DNA of 63,275 bases, filler included, from Craspedostauros australis (taxonomy: Eukaryota), in the NCBI GenBank assembly GCA_030167865.1. It is 14 parts of 14 records of this genome, joined end to end, with 100 filler letters (N's around TTAATTAATTAA, not from the genome) between each part and the next. Parts side by side here need not be neighbours in the genome. Positions count along the whole stretch, not along the records: positions 58,421 to 61,837 come from JALAGF010004706.1; positions 61,938 to 63,275 come from JALAGF010004708.1; 12 more parts are not named here. One strand, written 5' to 3'. Positions within the stretch are counted from its first letter, which is position 1. The number at the start of each line of letters is the position of its first letter. A program made the position numbers and the translations under genes. Under the pieces are notes generated by a model. The model ran no database searches, was not told the DNA's origin, and saw only the letters and a program-made list of their open reading frames with translations. Shown here in pieces: positions 58,880 through 63,275 of this stretch.

Positions 58880-61837
58880 ATGAAGTTCGCAACCAGCTCC
58901 TTGGTTTTGGCGAACATCGCCGCGACCGCCGCTGTGAATAACAATGCCGTCACCAACATCCGCAGTGGAGCCAACAGAGACGATAAGAATGCCAGAGACG
59001 GTAAGCCGTCATGGACGTACTACGGAAACGATGAAAGGAAGCTCCAGGAGATCACTGATACGCCCAATAAGCTCCGTCGCAATGCCCAGGAGGCAGGTTC
59101 GGATGTGGACTTCAAGAGCACTGAGGACATGTCTGCATCCAACTCCAAGTCACCGAAGAGCGAGAAGTCAAGCAACACGAAGAGCAAGAAGTCGAAGAGT
59201 TCCGACGACACACAGGCACCAACCGCAGCCACCGGAACCATCAAGCCAACACAAGTGCCAACAAGCGGACCAATTGGAACACCCCTAGATGAGGGCGGAA
59301 TCATAACCACTGCCCTTACTTCCAATCAAGCGAGAGGCCTGACAAGCATCCAGACCTCGGCTCCAACCCTCGGCGCGACTTCAATCCCGCTCGGCAGTCC
59401 CCATGCTCCTACCTCAGCACCAACTAGTGCCCCGACCTCGGCACCAACCGGCATTCCCGCTCCTCTCACCACAGCTCCAACAAGTGTTTCGACTTCAGCA
59501 CCGACTTCGGCACCAACCGGTGTGTCCGCTCCTCTCACCACAGCTCCAACAAGTGCACCGACTTCAGCACCAACCAACGCGCCCGCTCCTCTCACCACAA
59601 CTCCAACAAGTGCACCGACTTCAGCACCAACCGGCGTGTCCGCTCCTCTCACCACAACTCCAACAAGTGCACCGACTTCGGCACCAACCGGCATTCCCGC
59701 TCTTCTCACCACAGCTCCAACAAGTGCTCCAACAAGTACACCGACTTCAGCAGAAACTGGCATGCCCGCTCCTCTCACCACAACTCCAACAAGTGCTCCA
59801 ACAAGTACACCGACTTCGGCACCAACCGGCATTCCCGCTCCTCTCACCGCGGCTCCAACCAGTTCTCCTACTTCAGCACCGACTTCGGCAGAAACTGGCG
59901 TGCCCGCTCCTCTCACCACAGCTCCAACAAGTGCACCGACTTCAGCACTGACTTCGGCAGAGACCGGCATTCCCGTTCCTCTCACCACAACTCCAACCAG
60001 TGCTCCAACAAGTGCACCGACTTCGGCAGAGACCGGCGTGCCCGCTCCTCTCACCACAGCTCCAACAAGTTCTCCTACTTCAGCACTGACTTCGGCAGAA
60101 ACTGGCGTGCCCGCTCCTCTCACCACAGCTCCAACAAGTGCTCCAACAAGTGCACCGACTTCGGCAGAGACCGGCATTCCCGCTCCTCTCACCACAGCTC
60201 CAACAAGTTCTCCAACAAGTACACCGACTTCGGCACAATCCGAATTTCCCACTCTTCTCACCACGGCTCCAACAAGTGCTCCAACAAATGCACCGACTTC
60301 GGCACAGACCGGCGTGCCCGCTCCTCTCACCGCAGCTCCAACTAGTGCACCGACTTCGGCAGAAACCAGCGTGCCCGCTCCTCTCACCTCGGCTCCAACC
60401 AGTGCTCCAACAAATACACCGACTTCGGCAGAAACTGGCGTACCCGCTCCTCTCACCGCAGCTCCAACTAGTGCACCGACTTCGGCGCAAACTGGCGTGC
60501 CAGCTCCTCTCACCTCGGCTCCAACAAGTGCTCCAACAAGTGCACCGACTTCGGCAGAAACTAGCTTGCCAGCTCCTCTCACCTCGGCTCCAACAAGTGC
60601 ACCGACTTCTGCACCAACCGGCGTGTCCGCTCTTCTCACCACAAGTCCAACAAGTGCTCCAACAAGTGCACCGACTTCGGCGCAAACTGGCGTGCCCGCT
60701 CCTCTCACCGCGGTTCCAACAAGTACTGCGACAAGTACACCAACTTCGGCACAGACCAGCGTGCCTGCTCTTCTCACCACAAGTCCAACAAGTGCTCCAA
60801 CAAATACACCGACTTCAGCAGAAACTGGCGTGCCCGCTCCTCTCACCACAGCTCCAACAAGTGCTCCAACAAATACACCGACTTCAGCACAGACCGGCAT
60901 TCCCGCTCCTCTCACCACAGCTCCAACAAGTGCTCCAACAAATGCACCGACTTCGGCACAGACCGGCATTCCCGCTCCTCTCACCACAGCTCCAACAAGT
61001 TCTCCTACTTCAGCACTGACTTCGGCAGAAACCAGCGTGCCCGTTCCTCTCACCTCGGCTCCAACAAGTGCTCCAACAAATACGCCGACTTCGGCAGAAA
61101 CTGGCGTACCCGCTCCTCTCACCGCAGCTCCAACTAGTGCACCGACTTCGGCGCAAACTGGCGTATCCGCTCCTCTCACCTCGGCTCCAACAAGTGCACC
61201 GACTTCGGCAGAAACCAGCGTGCCCGCTCCTCTCACCTCGGCTCCAACTAGTGCACCGACTTCGGCAGAAACTAGCTTGCCAGCTCCTCTCACCTCGGCT
61301 CCAACAAGTGCTCCAACAAATACACCGACTTCGGCAGAAACTGGCGTGCCAGCTCCTCTCACCACAAGTCCAACAAGTGCTCCGACTTCGGCAGAAACTG
61401 GCGTACCCGCTCCTCTCACCGCAGCTCCAACTAGTGCACCGACTTCGGCGCAAACTGGCGTGCCAGCTCCTCTCACCTCGGCTCCAACAAGTGCTCCAAC
61501 AAATACACCGACTTCGGCAGAAACTGGCGAACCCGCTCCTCTCACCACAGCTCCAACAAGTTCTCCTACTTCAGCACTGACTTCGGCAGAAACCAGCGTG
61601 CCCGTTCCTCTCACCTCGGCTCCAACAAGTGCTCCAACAAATACTCCGACTTCGGCAGAAACTGGCGTACCCGCTCCTCTCACCGCAGCTCCAACTAGTG
61701 CACCGACTTCGGCGCAAACTGGCGTACCCGCTCCTCTCACCTCGGCTCCAACAAGTGCTCCAACAAATACACCGACTTCGGCAGAAACTGGCGTACCCGC
61801 TCCTCTCACCGCAGCTCCAACAAGTGCACCGACTTCG
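58880..61837 (+). CDS. Secreted Pro/Thr/Ser-rich mucin-like protein (3'-truncated)
   Basis: Signal peptide MKFATSSLVLANIAATAA, RKLQ motif, Lys/Ser cluster KSPKSEKSSNTKSKKSKS, then ~800 aa of TSAP / ETGVPAPLT repeats. Confidence 0.9.
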
Positions 61838-61938
61838 NNNNNNNNNNNNNNNNNNNNNNNNNNNNNNNNNNNNNNNNNNNNTTAATTAATTAANNNNNNN
61901 NNNNNNNNNNNNNNNNNNNNNNNNNNNNNNNNNNNNNC

Positions 61939-62043
61939 GACGATGAATCGTACTGGTACTGGCTGGTGCTTATCGCGCTGTTCGTGGTGTTCCGTCTGCT
62001 GGCACTCACAGTCTTGACCAATAAGGCCAGCAAATTCTACTAA
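61939..62043 (+). CDS. C-terminus of an ABCG-type transporter
   Basis: DDESYWYWLVLIALFVVFRLLALTVLTNKASKFY* matches the last TM helix pattern (F..FR.LA...L) of White/ABCG proteins. Confidence 0.65.
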   Translation, partial: DDESYWYWLVLIALFVVFRLLALTVLTNKASKFY

Positions 62044-62350
62044 TTGGTGATGGGGGCAGTGCTACGTACTTATGTGTGGCGCCATACAAGTACATACCAT
62101 ACCATGTACTCGTACGTATGAGCACCATTGCTCTCTACAGTGAAGTAGCACGTAGTAATAAACAATAGAGTGTGCATCTGATAGTCAGAGAGTGACGAAA
62201 TGTTGGACGAAGCGGTGCACTGCGCAGTCTCCTCACACAGCATAGCACTCGGATGGTTGTCATAAGCGTACTCGCACTCGTCGATTGGCGTTACATTATG
62301 AGATATAGCCTTCATATTGATAGGGAGAGGCATCGCAGTGAATGCTCTTT

Positions 62351-63275
62351 CTACTCGTCGAGTTGAAGATCTGACGGATCTGGGAGCTCAAGGGCTGGTC
62401 CATGCTTCTTCTTGAACTCCAAATACTGTTCCAGATAAAGACCTGCGCACTTACAAAAGTCAGCATCTGTGTTTATGCAAATGGAACCCAGTGATGGGCG
62501 ATACGAAGGGTTCTGCGATCGGACGAAGTACCATCGTGGCAATAATCGACTGTTGAGCGATACGGCCACATACGAAACCGACAGTGCCGCATTTTGTTGG
62601 CATATTTCCCAATCGTCCGACAGCAGCACGTAGCCAGTTCGGTTGAAAAAGTCGAGCGTTGGTTTGAGGTTGCTTTCTACACTCAGCCCGATAAGTATGG
62701 GAAACTGGCGCAAGTTCCGAACCAATGAGGCTTCACCCCACACTTTGCTGATGAAATCGATTTTGGGCTGAACATTTGTTGAGAAGTTGAAGTCAAAGAC
62801 CCTTGGTGCAATGGTGAGTATGCACGCTGCTAGCGATCGCTCTTCCACTCCTTGTGGTACGTTCGGCGTGTGAGAAGACCAACGTGTGAAGTGGCGTCGT
62901 TCGATGCCATCGAAGAACTCAACCCTGGATTGCAAAGTCTCTATCGCCAAATTCAGTAAGAGTGGCATTCTCATCACACACTTCTTCAGTTCCTGCTGAT
63001 TCAACATGGTTCGCAGGTATTCCAACATTGGTCTGATCTTGTCTTCCGACGAAANNGTCAATGNCCCTCCACCACCTNGGTTCATGAACACCGTGAAATC
63101 TGTTTCAGTCATGTTCACTCTTCGCATCAGATACTCAACGCGTGGCTTCAACACAGTCTTGGTGTCCAACAAGAGTGCAGCTGGCCGACGGATGATCAGC
63201 TGTTCGGTGATAGTGGATGTCGTCTTCTTTCGTTTCTCCAACCATTCTGTATCCATCACTGAATCCAAGTAGGTC
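62351..63275 (-). CDS. mTERF family protein (5'-truncated)
   Basis: Repeated P..L..S....L.P...FL motifs: LKPRVEYL, IRPMLEYL, LSVESNLKPTLDFF, SLNSRLLPRW. Confidence 0.85.
   Translation of the reverse strand, partial: TYLDSVMDTEWLEKRKKTTSTITEQLIIRRPAALLLDTKTVLKPRVEYLMRRVNMTETDFTVFMNXGGGGXLXXSSEDKIRPMLEYLRTMLNQQELKKCVMRMPLLLNLAIETLQSRVEFFDGIERRHFTRWSSHTPNVPQGVEERSLAACILTIAPRVFDFNFSTNVQPKIDFISKVWGEASLVRNLRQFPILIGLSVESNLKPTLDFFNRTGYVLLSDDWEICQQNAALSVSYVAVSLNSRLLPRWYFVRSQNPSYRPSLGSICINTDADFCKCAGLYLEQYLEFKKKHGPALELPDPSDLQLDE

Overview
This window is not continuous DNA. It is 14 short contigs joined by artificial N(~44)-TTAATTAATTAA-N(~44) linkers. Gene content points to a diatom nuclear genome (inference). 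Host genes: uracil phosphoribosyltransferase, a probably plastid-targeted unknown protein, an ankyrin-repeat protein with a BTB/BACK-like fragment, two tandem GT61 glycosyltransferases, a multi-pass membrane protein with EGF-like repeats, a secreted (TSAP)n mucin-like protein, an mTERF protein, the end of an ABCG transporter, and a probable peptidase-family homologue with no HExxH. Much of the rest is mobile DNA. (1) A full-length 8.5-kb non-LTR retrotransposon of Ambal type (APE-RT-RNase H-zinc knuckle) with an exact 16-bp target-site duplication and an ATGA overlap between ORF1 and ORF2. (2) A diatom Copia whose gag and pol are joined by a canonical -1 slippery site, followed directly by a hydrophobic, possibly membrane-spanning segment. 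(3) A Copia 5' end with a half-tRNA-Met primer-binding site. (4) A family of related LTRs. (5) A decayed DD39D mariner. (6) An intron-containing piggyBac-like transposase with a large coding minisatellite. (7) Several unclassified repeat families with unknown ORFs. A compact four-hairpin candidate ncRNA lies next to the LINE insertion site. All calls come from reading motifs by eye; no database search was run.
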